NCBI GenBank assembly: GCA_949292985.1
Contig: CASFBF010000008.1
Location: forward strand, 3,400-67,399
DNA from: an uncultured Bacillota bacterium
GTDB taxonomy: Bacteria; Bacillota; Clostridia; Christensenellales; UBA1242
Length of the DNA: 64,000 bases
Reading direction: 5' to 3'
Both the position numbers and the translations under genes were made by a program. The notes under the pieces were generated by a model that had not been told where the DNA came from, did not search any database, and was given only the letters and a program-made list of their open reading frames with translations. Positions 30,876 through 41,020 of the stretch are shown piece after piece. Position 1 is the stretch's first letter; every line of letters starts with the position of its first letter.

Positions 30876-31976
30876 ATGTTATTAAATTGTATGGGTCTTG
30901 AATTGTCAGATGCTTTTTTGAGAGTTAGCAAAGCAATTTCAAACAAGGTTACAAATCCAATCTTGGAAGGAATTAAAATTTCAGCAGAGGATAATGAACT
31001 TACCCTTAGTGCCACAGATACAGATCTTTCAATCGAGAAAAAAATAAAAGCCGATATTAAAGTTGAAGGTGAGACTGTTGTTCCTGGAAAATTTATAACC
31101 GAGTTTGTTAAAAAACTTTCAAACTCAGATATAGAACTTGAAGTGAATGAAAAAAATCAACTTTTAATTAGGTATGACGGAAACGAAAGTATCATACAAT
31201 GTTACAACCCTGTTGAATACCCAGGATTTAAAAAACTTAAAACAGACGAGTGGTTTGGAATATCTCAAAAGGATTTGAAAAGTTTGATAAGCAAAACCAT
31301 TTTCTCTGTTGCAATGGACGATTCTAGGCCAATCTTAAAAGGTGTACTTTTTGATATTGACCAAAAAGAAATAAATGCTGTTGCCCTTGATGGATACAGA
31401 CTTGCAAAAGTAAAGAAAAAAGTTTCGGCTAATATTAAAAAACAAATCGTAATTCCAACAAGGTCGTTAAATGAAATTTCAAAATTGCTTGAAGAAAGTG
31501 ATGAGATTATAAACATTTACATCGACTCAAATGCAATAATGATTGACTCTTCTGACACAAAAATTATTTCAAGACTTTTGGAAGGAGATTTTGTAAACTA
31601 CAAACAAATCATTCCAATGAACTATGAAACATTTGTTATAGTAAACAAAACTCAACTTGAAGATGCACTTGAAAGAGTTTCACTTTTAAGCAAGATTGGT
31701 CAAAACAACTTTGTAAAATTTGACATTAAAGAATCAAGTTTAACCCTCACCTCAAATTCAGAAATAGGAAACATCAAAGAAAAAATTTCAGCAGTGCTTA
31801 ACGGCAAAGATGTTACTATTGCATTCAACCCAAGGTTTATTCTTGAAAGTTTAAAAGCAAACACAGAAGAATTTGTTAAACTTTGCCTTAACACAGCATC
31901 TAACCCATGCGTGATTGTTCCAACAGAGGGAGATGAATTTTTGTATCTTATTCTGCCTGTTAGAATGTTTGGATAA
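30876..31976 (+). CDS. dnaN: DNA polymerase III beta sliding clamp
   Basis: 366 aa in the position after dnaA. Motifs ..ILEGIKI..LTLSATD, ..RPILKGV, DGYRLA, ..PVRM. Confidence 0.92.
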   Translation: MLLNCMGLELSDAFLRVSKAISNKVTNPILEGIKISAEDNELTLSATDTDLSIEKKIKADIKVEGETVVPGKFITEFVKKLSNSDIELEVNEKNQLLIRYDGNESIIQCYNPVEYPGFKKLKTDEWFGISQKDLKSLISKTIFSVAMDDSRPILKGVLFDIDQKEINAVALDGYRLAKVKKKVSANIKKQIVIPTRSLNEISKLLEESDEIINIYIDSNAIMIDSSDTKIISRLLEGDFVNYKQIIPMNYETFVIVNKTQLEDALERVSLLSKIGQNNFVKFDIKESSLTLTSNSEIGNIKEKISAVLNGKDVTIAFNPRFILESLKANTEEFVKLCLNTASNPCVIVPTEGDEFLYLILPVRMFG

Positions 31977-32000
31977 AAAGAGCGTTCGCTCTTTTTTTTA
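31976..32000 (+). terminator. Intrinsic terminator after dnaN
   Basis: aaagagc-gttc-gctcttt stem plus T-run. Confidence 0.6.
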
Positions 32001-32175
32001 TTACTTTGTCAAAAAACGATACGCAACGACAAAAGAAAAATAAAAATAATTATAAAGGCAAAATAAAATATTTTAAAGCACATTTTTTTGCCTTACGATA
32101 AAAGCAAAAAGAGTTGACAAAGAAATCAAATTGCTTTATACTAAAACGGTTACTAACTTTTAAGGAGGAAAGACC

Positions 32176-32310
32176 ATGAAAAGAACATATCAGCCTAAGA
32201 AAGCAAAAAGACAAAAAGTTCACGGTTTCAGAGAAAGAATGAGAACTAAGGGCGGAAGAAATGTTTTAAAAAGAAGACGCGCCCGTGGAAGAAAAAATCT
32301 TGCTGCGTAA
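32176..32310 (+). CDS. rpmH: 50S ribosomal protein L34
   Basis: Below the ORF-track size cut-off. GGAGG RBS, then [44 protein letters not shown]. Promoter TTGACA-17-TATACT upstream. Confidence 0.92.
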   Translation: MKRTYQPKKAKRQKVHGFRERMRTKGGRNVLKRRRARGRKNLAA

Positions 32311-32320
32311 GGAATAGAAA

Positions 32321-32632
32321 ATGGATCACAGACTGAAAAAAGCAAAACAATTTTCTTATATTTATAAAAAAGGTAAAAGGGCAAACAGCCAACATTTTAC
32401 GCTTTTTTCGGTAGAAAGCAGATTTACAAATTATAAAATAGGATATTCAATTTCAAAAAAAATTGGCAAAGCAAACAAAAGAAATTTGTTAAAACGCAGG
32501 CTTCGTGAAATTGTTAGAACTTTGTCTCTTCCAAAAAACAATCACAACTATATTTTAATGGCTAAACAAGGCGCATCAGAACTTACTTTTGAAGAGATTA
32601 AAGAACAAATAAAAAGTCTGTTTGAAAAATGA
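32321..32632 (+). CDS. rnpA: RNase P protein component
   Basis: Follows rpmH. Basic 103-aa protein with KAxxRNxxKRRLRE motif. Confidence 0.88.
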   Translation: MDHRLKKAKQFSYIYKKGKRANSQHFTLFSVESRFTNYKIGYSISKKIGKANKRNLLKRRLREIVRTLSLPKNNHNYILMAKQGASELTFEEIKEQIKSLFEK

Positions 32633-32892
32633 AATACTTATCAGTTCCGTTAAAATTTATTTGCTGTTTGCCAATTTATTTTTATAAATATCTTATTTCT
32701 CCCCTTCTTCCAAAAGTTTGCAGGTTTACACCAAGTTGTTCAAATTATTTTATAGATGCTGTAAAATATTTTGGTGTAATAAAGGGTTCTATGCTTGGAG
32801 CAAAAAGACTTTTGCGATGCAGACCAGGAGTTTGTGGAGGATATGATCCCGTTCCAATAAACATAAAAGGAGATAGTAAATGGCTACTATAA
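32629..32892 (+). CDS. yidD: Membrane protein insertion efficiency factor YidD
   Basis: [31 protein letters not shown]. Confidence 0.88.
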   Translation: MKYLSVPLKFICCLPIYFYKYLISPLLPKVCRFTPSCSNYFIDAVKYFGVIKGSMLGAKRLLRCRPGVCGGYDPVPINIKGDSKWLL

Positions 32893-34271
32893 GCGCCATA
32901 TTATCAGTTGCAGAACCAACAGGAGTTTGGCAAACAATAATAAAAGCATTTGAATCAGGTGTAGGAAGTTATATTCTTGCAGTTGTTTTGATTACGCTTA
33001 TAATCAGACTTATTTGGGCGCCACTTGATACAATCAATAAAAAACTTAACAAAAAAAATGCACGCATACAAGCAAAGATGCAACCAGAACTTGAAAAAAT
33101 TAAGGCTAAATATGGTGCAGACAGAAACCTGTTAAACAGAAAAACCCAAGAAATTTACAAGCGCTATAACTTTTCAATGACTGGCAGTTGTTTATTTATG
33201 ATTTTGTTTTTAGCGTTAAACTTATTGATTTTCTTCTCTTTGTTTGCAGGCTTAAACTCAATGGCGGATTATAAAATAAGCCAAGAATATGATTATCTTA
33301 AATATAACTATGCAAATGTTTTAGACCTAACCAATCAAGAATATGAAAAAAACAACACACAATTTTTTGAGCAATATGAAACCCTTTCCTTTGAAGTTGT
33401 TGACAATATGATTGTGGCAAAAAACTCAGAAGGAGAAATTATTGCTCAAACAGAATATAAAATAGACTTTTCATATGAAACAGACGAAAATCAAGTAGAT
33501 GCTGAGGGTAACCCTATAATAGACGAAACAACAGGAAATCCTTTAAAAGTTGTTGTTTCATCTGACGAAGCAATTTACAACCTTGTTACAAAATTTGTTT
33601 CACCACAACCTAAGTTAGATGAAAACGGTCAGGTTGTTACCGATGAAAACGGCGAAACAGTTTATGACGAAAATTATGTTGGTGGCGAAATCGTAGTTGG
33701 TGAAGTAACTTACAAACAAGCAATAGACACATATGTAACAACATATATCGTGAAATGTTATGAAAACCGACCAGAGAAATCTTCTTTCTTATGGATTGGA
33801 AATTATTGGATTGCAGACAGTCCGTTTAAAAACTCAATATTTACCTATAATGAGTTTGTAGGCGAAATCGGTTCAAGCAATGTAAGCGAATATGAAGAAG
33901 TTATCTATAATTCATTTATGACAAACTTAGACGGACAAGTTGGTAGAGTTAACGGATATTTAATCTTAGCAATTTTAAGTATAGGCATAAGTTTCCTTTC
34001 AATATATCTTGGAAATTTAACAAGCAAGAAGAAAGGCGAGAAAGCAGTAAAACAACCAGGCGGAAAAGTTATGATGATTGTTTTACCACTTATTATGGGA
34101 ATCTTTGCAATCTTCTACAACTCAGTGTTTGCAATTTACCTTGTTGTAGGCCAAGCAATAAACGCAGCGCTTGCTCCACTTGAAAACTTGATAATAAACA
34201 AATGGGACGAATATGACGAAAAGAAACAACAAGAAAAGGAAAATTCAGTTGTATCTTACAGAAGAAAGTGA
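32880..34271 (+). CDS. yidC: Membrane insertase YidC/Oxa1 family with a large loop insertion
   Basis: [14 protein letters not shown].. and ..[13 protein letters not shown].. YidC motifs separated by a ~190-aa acidic insert. 463 aa. Confidence 0.85.
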   Translation: MATISAILSVAEPTGVWQTIIKAFESGVGSYILAVVLITLIIRLIWAPLDTINKKLNKKNARIQAKMQPELEKIKAKYGADRNLLNRKTQEIYKRYNFSMTGSCLFMILFLALNLLIFFSLFAGLNSMADYKISQEYDYLKYNYANVLDLTNQEYEKNNTQFFEQYETLSFEVVDNMIVAKNSEGEIIAQTEYKIDFSYETDENQVDAEGNPIIDETTGNPLKVVVSSDEAIYNLVTKFVSPQPKLDENGQVVTDENGETVYDENYVGGEIVVGEVTYKQAIDTYVTTYIVKCYENRPEKSSFLWIGNYWIADSPFKNSIFTYNEFVGEIGSSNVSEYEEVIYNSFMTNLDGQVGRVNGYLILAILSIGISFLSIYLGNLTSKKKGEKAVKQPGGKVMMIVLPLIMGIFAIFYNSVFAIYLVVGQAINAALAPLENLIINKWDEYDEKKQQEKENSVVSYRRK

Positions 34272-34295
34272 TATAATCAGCCTAGGAGGAAGAAT

Positions 34296-35114
34296 ATGAA
34301 AACCAGCGTAGAAGCGACAGGAAAGAACATTGAACAAGCAATAGAGAATGCGCTTTTTGAACTTAAAGCACCAAGAGAAGATGTTGATATTAAAATTTTA
34401 AGTGAAGGTGGTTTGTTTAAAAAAGCAAAAGTTGTTGTAAGTATTTCCGAAGAAGAGATAGAAAAATACCAAAAGCGTGAAAAACTTAAAGAAGCAGATA
34501 AAGAAGAAGAAAAAGAAACAAAAACACCAATCGCAACTAAATCTGAAAAAACTGAAAAGAAAGAACCAGCAAAGAAACAGGAAGAACCAAAGGAAGAAAT
34601 AAAAAAAGAAGTCAGCCCTGAAATTAAAGCAGAAAAGGCTACAAAACCAAAAACAAACAAAAGCGAAGAAGAAAAAATCGATGCTATAACATTTGTTGAA
34701 GGTCTTTTAAAAGCGTTTGGTAAAGATGCTCAGGTAAGCGAAATTGAGGAAGAAGAAGTTGTAAAGATTGAAGTCAGCGGAGAAAATCTCAATGATTTAA
34801 TCGGATACAGAGGTGAAACATTGTTTGCTCTCTCCTACCTTATGAACACAATATGTAAACGCGGAAAGAAAAAACAGGTTTTAGACATTTGCGATTATCG
34901 TGAAAAAAGAGCAGAATCTCTTAGAAGTCTTGCAAATAGAATGGCTTCAAAAGTTGCTAAAACTGGAAGGTATGCAAAATTAGAACCAATGGATGCAAGC
35001 GAGAGAAGACTTATTCATCTTGCTCTTCAAGACAATGAAAAAGTTACAACAATGTCCAAGGGTACTGAACCAAAAAGATATATCATCATATTCCCAAGAG
35101 AATATAGAGAATAA
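34296..35114 (+). CDS. jag: Jag/KhpB RNA-binding protein (Jag_N + KH + R3H)
   Basis: N-terminus GKNIEQAIENALFELK, a Lys/Glu-rich linker and C-terminal R3H (ERRLIHLALQ). Confidence 0.85.
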   Translation: MKTSVEATGKNIEQAIENALFELKAPREDVDIKILSEGGLFKKAKVVVSISEEEIEKYQKREKLKEADKEEEKETKTPIATKSEKTEKKEPAKKQEEPKEEIKKEVSPEIKAEKATKPKTNKSEEEKIDAITFVEGLLKAFGKDAQVSEIEEEEVVKIEVSGENLNDLIGYRGETLFALSYLMNTICKRGKKKQVLDICDYREKRAESLRSLANRMASKVAKTGRYAKLEPMDASERRLIHLALQDNEKVTTMSKGTEPKRYIIIFPREYRE

Positions 35115-35115
35115 A

Positions 35116-35139
35116 ATAGAGTTTCGGCTCTATTTTTTT
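35116..35139 (+). terminator. Intrinsic terminator after jag
   Basis: atagag-tttcgg-ctctat stem plus T7. Followed by a TTGAAA-16-TATAAT promoter for mnmE. Confidence 0.6.
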
Positions 35140-35175
35140 GTTGAAAATTTTAAGTTGTGTGGTATAATCATAAGC

Positions 35176-36495
35176 ATGAACAAAACAATAGTAGCAATTT
35201 CCACCCCGCTTGGCAAAGGGGCAATAAGTATTGTAAGAATGAGTGGAGAAAAAGCGCTTGAAACAGCACTTAAATTTTTTAATTGTAAAGGTAAAGTCGA
35301 ACCAAGAAAAATGATTTTGGGTGAATTTGATTTGAATGGAGCAAAAGAAAAATGTTTAATGGTTTATTTTAAAGCGCCATTTTCATATACGGGTGAAGAT
35401 GTTGTAGAATTTCAACTTCATGGAGGGATAACAGTAACAAGAATGTTGCAAGAGCGATTGATAGAAGGTGGAGCAACGCTTGCCGAGCCAGGAGAATTTT
35501 CAAAACGAGCGTTTGAAAACAGAAAAATTTCTCTTGATGAAGCAGAAGCAATTATTGACGAGATTAACAGTGAAAGCGAAGGAGAACTAAGAAGAGCGCT
35601 TTCCTCTGCGGAAGGAAAACTTTTTGAAAAAATCAAAAGTTTACAAAATTCTTTAACTAACTTACTTGCTCAAATTGAAGTTACTATGGACTATCCAGAA
35701 GAAGACGAAAATGAGATTGTTCGAGAAAGCATCTTTGCAGAGTTGAAGCAAACAGAAGAGCAAATTGAAGAAATTTTAAACAACGCCAAGCAGGCACGAT
35801 TTATTAAGAACGGAATAAAAATTGCGCTTGTTGGAAGAGCAAATGTAGGAAAAAGCAGTTTGTTAAATGCTTTGATTGGCGAAAACAAAGCGATAGTAAC
35901 TTCTACCGAAGGGACAACAAGAGATGTTGTCGAAGGAAGTATTGATTACAACGGCATAAGGCTTAATTTTTATGATACGGCAGGAATAAGAGAGAGCGAC
36001 AACGACATAGAAAAAATCGGTATTGAAAAAAGCAAGAAAATGCTTGAAGAAAGTGATTTGGTTTTAATTATTTATGATGGAAGCGAAAATTTAAATGAAA
36101 ATGATGAAAATATTAAAAAAATAATTAAAAAACCATTTATTTCTGTTATAAACAAACAAGATAAAATGCGTAAATTAAAATCACAAGAAAATGAAATTGC
36201 GGTTTCGGCAATGAAAAAAGAAAATATAGAAAAACTAAAACAGAAAATTTTTGACACGATTATAAAAGATAAAATTGATTTTAATGGACTAATTGTAACC
36301 AACGAAAGACAACTGCAACATATAAAAAATGCAAAAAAACAAATTGAAGAAATTTTCAAAGTTAAAAACGAAAGTTTGGAAATATTATCCATGCTTATTA
36401 AAAAGGTCTGGAATGAACTTGGAAAGATAACTGGTGAAACAGAAAATGAAGATATAATATCTGTCATCTTCTCAAAATTTTGTGTGGGCAAATAA
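35176..36495 (+). CDS. mnmE: tRNA modification GTPase MnmE
   Basis: IVAISTPLGKGAISIVRMSG, GRANVGKSSLLNAL, DTAGIR, C-terminal FCVGK. Start at 35176 (the ORF-track extension overlaps jag). Confidence 0.92.
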   Translation: MNKTIVAISTPLGKGAISIVRMSGEKALETALKFFNCKGKVEPRKMILGEFDLNGAKEKCLMVYFKAPFSYTGEDVVEFQLHGGITVTRMLQERLIEGGATLAEPGEFSKRAFENRKISLDEAEAIIDEINSESEGELRRALSSAEGKLFEKIKSLQNSLTNLLAQIEVTMDYPEEDENEIVRESIFAELKQTEEQIEEILNNAKQARFIKNGIKIALVGRANVGKSSLLNALIGENKAIVTSTEGTTRDVVEGSIDYNGIRLNFYDTAGIRESDNDIEKIGIEKSKKMLEESDLVLIIYDGSENLNENDENIKKIIKKPFISVINKQDKMRKLKSQENEIAVSAMKKENIEKLKQKIFDTIIKDKIDFNGLIVTNERQLQHIKNAKKQIEEIFKVKNESLEILSMLIKKVWNELGKITGETENEDIISVIFSKFCVGK

Positions 36496-36496
36496 A

Positions 36497-38374
36497 ATGA
36501 AAGAAAAATACGAAGCAATAGTTATAGGAGCGGGACATGCGGGCTGTGAGGCTGCGCTCGCTCTTGCAAGAAAAGGACATAAAACACTGCTTTTAACAAT
36601 AAGTTTAGATGCAGTGGCTTTTTTGGCGTGTAACCCGTCCATAGGAGGAACAGCCAAGGGACAACTTGTCAGTGAAATAGATGCATTAGGCGGAGAAATG
36701 GGCAAAATTGCAGATAAAACTGCAATTCAAATTCGCATGTTAAACAGAGGCAGAGGCCCTGCTGTGCAAAGTTTGCGTACACAAGCAGATAAAGTGCAAT
36801 ATCATACACAGATGAAAAAAGTTGTAGAAAGCACAAAGAACTTGTTTTTAAAACAAGGAGAAGCAACTAAAATCGTTATAGATGGCGAAACCAAGACGGT
36901 AACCACTGCCGTTGGCGACGAGTTTGAAGCAAATGTTCTTGTTTTTGCGACAGGTGTATATTTAGACAGCAGAATTATAATAGGTTCATACACGGAAAAT
37001 GTTGGACCAAACGGGTTCAAAAACGCAAAACTATTATCCTCTTCCCTAAATGATTTAGGATACAAACTTTTAAGATTTAAAACAGGCACGCCAGCAAGAG
37101 TTAATAAAAGAAGTATAGATTTCAGCACACTTGAAATTCAAAAAGGCGAAAAATGTATCCAGCCTTTCTCTTTTATGACGCAAAAACCTATTAAAAACAA
37201 AGCGGTTTGTTATTTAACATACACAAACAAAGAAACGCATCAAATAATTTTAGATAACTTGGATAAAGCGCCAGCAATTTCGGGAGAAATAAAAGGAATT
37301 GGGCCAAGATACTGCCCTTCCATAGAAACAAAGATAGTAAGATTTTCTGATAAAGACAGACACCAACTTTTTTTAGAACCAGAAGCAATTTCAACCAGCG
37401 AAATTTATATTCAAGGATTTTCAACATCAATGCCTGCGGACATTCAAAAAAGAATGATACATTCCTTAAAAGGTTTAGAGAATGCCGAAATTATGAGAGA
37501 CGCATATGCAATTGAGTACGATTGCATTGACCCATTACAATTAAAACCTAGCCTTGAAAGTAAGTTGCATGACGGGTTGTTTTTCGCCGGACAAATAAAC
37601 GGCACAAGCGGATACGAAGAAGCAGCAGCACAAGGTTTAATGGCGGGTATCAACGCAGCATTATTTTTAGAGAAAAAACCTGCTCTTGTTTTATCACGCA
37701 GTGATGCCTATATCGGCGTACTAATTGATGATATAGTTACCAAAGGCACACAAGAGCCATATAGAATGATGACCAGTCGTGCTGAATATAGGCTTTCTTT
37801 AAGACAAGACAACGCTGATTTAAGGCTGACTGAAATTGGTAGACAAGTAGGTTTGGTTGATAATAAAAGATATAATAAATTTTTAGAAAAAAAGAAAAAA
37901 TTAAAAAATATTTCTTTGCTTTTAAATGAAAAGTTAAAAAATGATAAAAAATTGATAGATTTTTTTGAAAAAAACAATGAAAACCCACCAAAAAATTCAA
38001 TTTCAGTTAAAGAAGCAATAAAAAGACCTAATATCGACGCTTTCAAAATAAACGAAGAGTTTAATATCTTTAAAGATTATGATTTCGAAATTATAAATGA
38101 AATAAATTTAATAACCAAGTATGAGGGCTATTTAAAACAACAGGAAGAAGATATTTTAAAACTCAAAAAAATGGAAGTTCAAACCATACCAGATGACTTT
38201 GATTACGAGAAACAAAAAGGTTTAAAGATTGAAACTATTCAAAAACTTTCGGAAGTTAAACCTATAAATTTGGGACAGGCATCAAGGGTTTCGGGAGTTT
38301 CCCCTGCTGATATTGCGGTGCTTAGTATTTTAATAAAAAAACATAAGGAGGAAACAAATGCAAAGCGCCGATGA
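36497..38374 (+). CDS. mnmG: tRNA uridine 5-carboxymethylaminomethyl modification enzyme MnmG (GidA)
   Basis: YEAIVIGAGHAGCEAALA, GPRYCPSIE, FFAGQINGTSGYEEAAAQG. Confidence 0.93.
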   Translation: MKEKYEAIVIGAGHAGCEAALALARKGHKTLLLTISLDAVAFLACNPSIGGTAKGQLVSEIDALGGEMGKIADKTAIQIRMLNRGRGPAVQSLRTQADKVQYHTQMKKVVESTKNLFLKQGEATKIVIDGETKTVTTAVGDEFEANVLVFATGVYLDSRIIIGSYTENVGPNGFKNAKLLSSSLNDLGYKLLRFKTGTPARVNKRSIDFSTLEIQKGEKCIQPFSFMTQKPIKNKAVCYLTYTNKETHQIILDNLDKAPAISGEIKGIGPRYCPSIETKIVRFSDKDRHQLFLEPEAISTSEIYIQGFSTSMPADIQKRMIHSLKGLENAEIMRDAYAIEYDCIDPLQLKPSLESKLHDGLFFAGQINGTSGYEEAAAQGLMAGINAALFLEKKPALVLSRSDAYIGVLIDDIVTKGTQEPYRMMTSRAEYRLSLRQDNADLRLTEIGRQVGLVDNKRYNKFLEKKKKLKNISLLLNEKLKNDKKLIDFFEKNNENPPKNSISVKEAIKRPNIDAFKINEEFNIFKDYDFEIINEINLITKYEGYLKQQEEDILKLKKMEVQTIPDDFDYEKQKGLKIETIQKLSEVKPINLGQASRVSGVSPADIAVLSILIKKHKEETNAKRR

Positions 38375-39044
38375 AATCAAACAAGCATTTTTGGGATATA
38401 GAATGAAAATCTCGCAAGAACAAGCCGAAAAATTTAAAACATATTATGAGTTTTTGATTGAAGAAAATAAAAAAATTAACTTAACAGCGATAACAGAATT
38501 TGAAGATGTGGTATTAAAGCACTTTATAGATTCGGCGGTTGCTGTTAGTAAGTTTAAAGGAAGTGTTTTAGATGTTGGCTCAGGTGCAGGTTTTCCAGGA
38601 ATAGTTTTGGCAATATTAAGGGATGACTTGCAAATAACTTTATTAGATAGTTTAAATAAAAGAATAACTTTTCTAAATGAACTTATTAAACTTCTCAACT
38701 TAAAAAATGTTAAAACAGTTCATTCAAGAATTGAAGATTTCAACCAAAAGCAAATGTTTGATTGTGTTACTGCAAGAGCGGTTGCAAATTTGCAAACTTT
38801 AAGTGAATATTTGTTGCCGTTTGTTAAAATAGACGGGAAAGCAATAATTTATAAGGGCGCAGATTTTTTCGACGAACTTGAAGTTGCACAAAACGCAATT
38901 AAAGTGCTTGGAAGCCAAGTGGAAGAAGTTGAAAGATACAATTTAAATGGTATGTCAAGAGCGTTATTGGTTTTAAGAAAAATTAAACCTGCGCCCCAAA
39001 ATTTTCCACGAAGTGGCAATCTTCCAAGAAAAAAACCGCTTTAA
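38358..39044 (+). CDS. rsmG: 16S rRNA m7G527 methyltransferase RsmG (GidB)
   Basis: NLTAI..HFIDS, SAM motif VLDVGSGAGFPGI, ARAVA. Confidence 0.9.
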   Translation: MQSADEIKQAFLGYRMKISQEQAEKFKTYYEFLIEENKKINLTAITEFEDVVLKHFIDSAVAVSKFKGSVLDVGSGAGFPGIVLAILRDDLQITLLDSLNKRITFLNELIKLLNLKNVKTVHSRIEDFNQKQMFDCVTARAVANLQTLSEYLLPFVKIDGKAIIYKGADFFDELEVAQNAIKVLGSQVEEVERYNLNGMSRALLVLRKIKPAPQNFPRSGNLPRKKPL

Positions 39045-39114
39045 TATGCTTTTTTATATGAAAAAACTGTGTTATAATTATAAAAATTAAAAAATAAAGA
39101 CAAAAGAGGTTGTT

Positions 39115-39933
39115 ATGGGCAAAATTATTTCTTTTACAAATCAAAAAGGCGGAGTTGGAAAAACTACAACATGTGTCAACCTATCTGCCTATCTAGCAGT
39201 TATGGGTCAAAAAGTATTAATTATAGATTTAGACCCGCAAGGTAACGCAACTAGTGGTGTTGGTGTTGAAAAAAGAAAAGGGTTAAAAACCATCTATGAT
39301 TTAATTGATGGTGAAAGCCCTATTGACGAAGTTATTGTTCCAACCATGATTGATGGGCTTGATATTATTCCATCGACGGTAGATTTAGCCGCAGCAGAAA
39401 TCTCGTTGGTTTCAATGCCTGATAGAGAAAAAATTCTTAAAAGCATCCTTGAAAGTGTGCGTGAAAGTTATGATTTTATAATGATTGATTGCCAGCCTTC
39501 ATTAGGTTTGCTAACTGTAAATGCCTTAACTGCGTCTGACAGCGTTATAATTCCTATGCAATGTGAATTTTATGCGCTCGATGGATTAACTCAACTTATG
39601 AACACAATCAGGCTTGTTAAATTTCATTTAAATCCTAACATTGATGTGGAAGGTGTTGTTAGAACTATGAAAGATAATAGGTCTAATCTTATAAACCAAG
39701 TTAGTCAAGAAATAATAAAGTTTTTCAAAAGTAAAGTTTTTAATACCTATATACCTAGAAACATTCGTTTAGCAGAAGCACCTAGTCATGGTTTGCCAAT
39801 AGTGCTATACGACCCGATTTCTAAGGGCGCAGAAGCATATTTATCGCTTGCGGAAGAGTTTTTAAATAGAAACAAAATAAAATATAAGTCTATAGCGAAA
39901 CATACAAAGATTAAACTAAGGGAGGTAAAATAA
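39115..39933 (+). CDS. parA: Chromosome partitioning ATPase ParA/Soj
   Basis: Deviant Walker A NQKGGVGKTTT, then IDLDPQGNAT. Confidence 0.9.
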   Translation: MGKIISFTNQKGGVGKTTTCVNLSAYLAVMGQKVLIIDLDPQGNATSGVGVEKRKGLKTIYDLIDGESPIDEVIVPTMIDGLDIIPSTVDLAAAEISLVSMPDREKILKSILESVRESYDFIMIDCQPSLGLLTVNALTASDSVIIPMQCEFYALDGLTQLMNTIRLVKFHLNPNIDVEGVVRTMKDNRSNLINQVSQEIIKFFKSKVFNTYIPRNIRLAEAPSHGLPIVLYDPISKGAEAYLSLAEEFLNRNKIKYKSIAKHTKIKLREVK

Positions 39934-39934
39934 A

Positions 39935-40825
39935 GTGATGAAAAGAGGTTTAGGCCGAGGTATAGAAAGTTTATTTGCAATGTATGATGAGGAAGTTGAA
40001 AAAACATCTCCACAGCCTAAGAAAATTACAAGCGAAAAGTCTGTTGATTTGGTTGGAATTGAAAAAATCAAAAACAACCCTAATCAGCCAAGAAAACATT
40101 TCGACGAAGAAGCTTTAAACGAACTTGCTGCTTCAATAAAAGTTCACGGAGTTATACAACCAATTGTGTTGAATGATAATGGTGACGGAACATATTTAAT
40201 TATAGCCGGTGAAAGAAGATATAGGGCTTCCAAAATTGCTGGTTTAAAAGAAATACCAGCAATAATCAAAAACTATACTGACAAACAAATAAAAGAAATA
40301 TCAATTATTGAAAACCTGCAACGAGAAGACTTAAACCCAATAGAAGCCGCAAGAGCGATAAAGCAACTTATGGAAGAATACAAACTCACACAAGAGGCGG
40401 TTGCAGAAAGAATTGGGAAAAGTCGTTCAAATATAGCAAACACTTTAAGATTGCTTTCGTTATATCCAGAAGTTTTAGATATGATTGAAAAAGGGTCGCT
40501 TTCTGCTGGGCATGCAAGAGCATTGGTTGTTGTAGATGACCATACGTCACAGATTAAACTTGCGAACCAAGCGGTAAAAGATAAGTGGAATGTTAGGGAT
40601 TTAGAAAAAGCCGTTAGAAGAGTTCAACATCCGCAATCTAAAACAAGACCAAAAGAAGATCAATCATTAGAATTAAAGGATTTAATAGTTTCAATGCAAA
40701 GGGTGTTAGGAACAAAAGTTTCTGCAATTGGGAATGATCAAAAAGGAAGAATATATATTGATTATTATTCAAGAGACGATCTTGACAGGTTGGCAGACAT
40801 AATAACTTTAATAGAAAAAAAATAA
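39935..40825 (+). CDS. parB: Chromosome partitioning protein ParB/Spo0J
   Basis: RGLGRGIESL, NPNQPRKHFDEEAL, IIAGERRYRAS, HTH region. GTG at 39935 or ATG at 39938 after a GGGAGG RBS. Confidence 0.9.
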   Translation: MMKRGLGRGIESLFAMYDEEVEKTSPQPKKITSEKSVDLVGIEKIKNNPNQPRKHFDEEALNELAASIKVHGVIQPIVLNDNGDGTYLIIAGERRYRASKIAGLKEIPAIIKNYTDKQIKEISIIENLQREDLNPIEAARAIKQLMEEYKLTQEAVAERIGKSRSNIANTLRLLSLYPEVLDMIEKGSLSAGHARALVVVDDHTSQIKLANQAVKDKWNVRDLEKAVRRVQHPQSKTRPKEDQSLELKDLIVSMQRVLGTKVSAIGNDQKGRIYIDYYSRDDLDRLADIITLIEKK

Positions 40826-40852
40826 GACGTTTTATAAAGAACGTCTTTTTTT
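40824..40852 (+). terminator. Intrinsic terminator after parB
   Basis: aagacgt-loop-acgtctt stem plus T-run. Confidence 0.6.
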
Positions 40853-40867
40853 GTTTCACGTGAAACA
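40852..40867. promoter_or_regulatory. parS centromere site 1
   Basis: Perfect palindrome TGTTTCACGTGAAACA (Bacillus-type parS consensus). Confidence 0.85.
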
Positions 40868-40890
40868 AAATTAAACTGAGTTAAAATAAA

Positions 40891-40906
40891 TGTTTCACGT
40901 GAAACA
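40891..40906. promoter_or_regulatory. parS centromere site 2
   Basis: Second identical TGTTTCACGTGAAACA, 39 bp after the first. Confidence 0.85.
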
Positions 40907-41020
40907 TTTTTATTATAAAAAAATAACTATCATGCTTTAAAATAAATAAAAAATCGTACTGTAAAACGATTGACAAATAAATTGTAATATAGTAAACTAG
41001 TCTATGTAAAGGAGGAAATT

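Noticed and set aside
34277-34660. 127-aa minus-strand ORF rich in Ser/Phe
   Set aside because: It is the antisense shadow of the Lys/Glu-rich low-complexity linker of jag.
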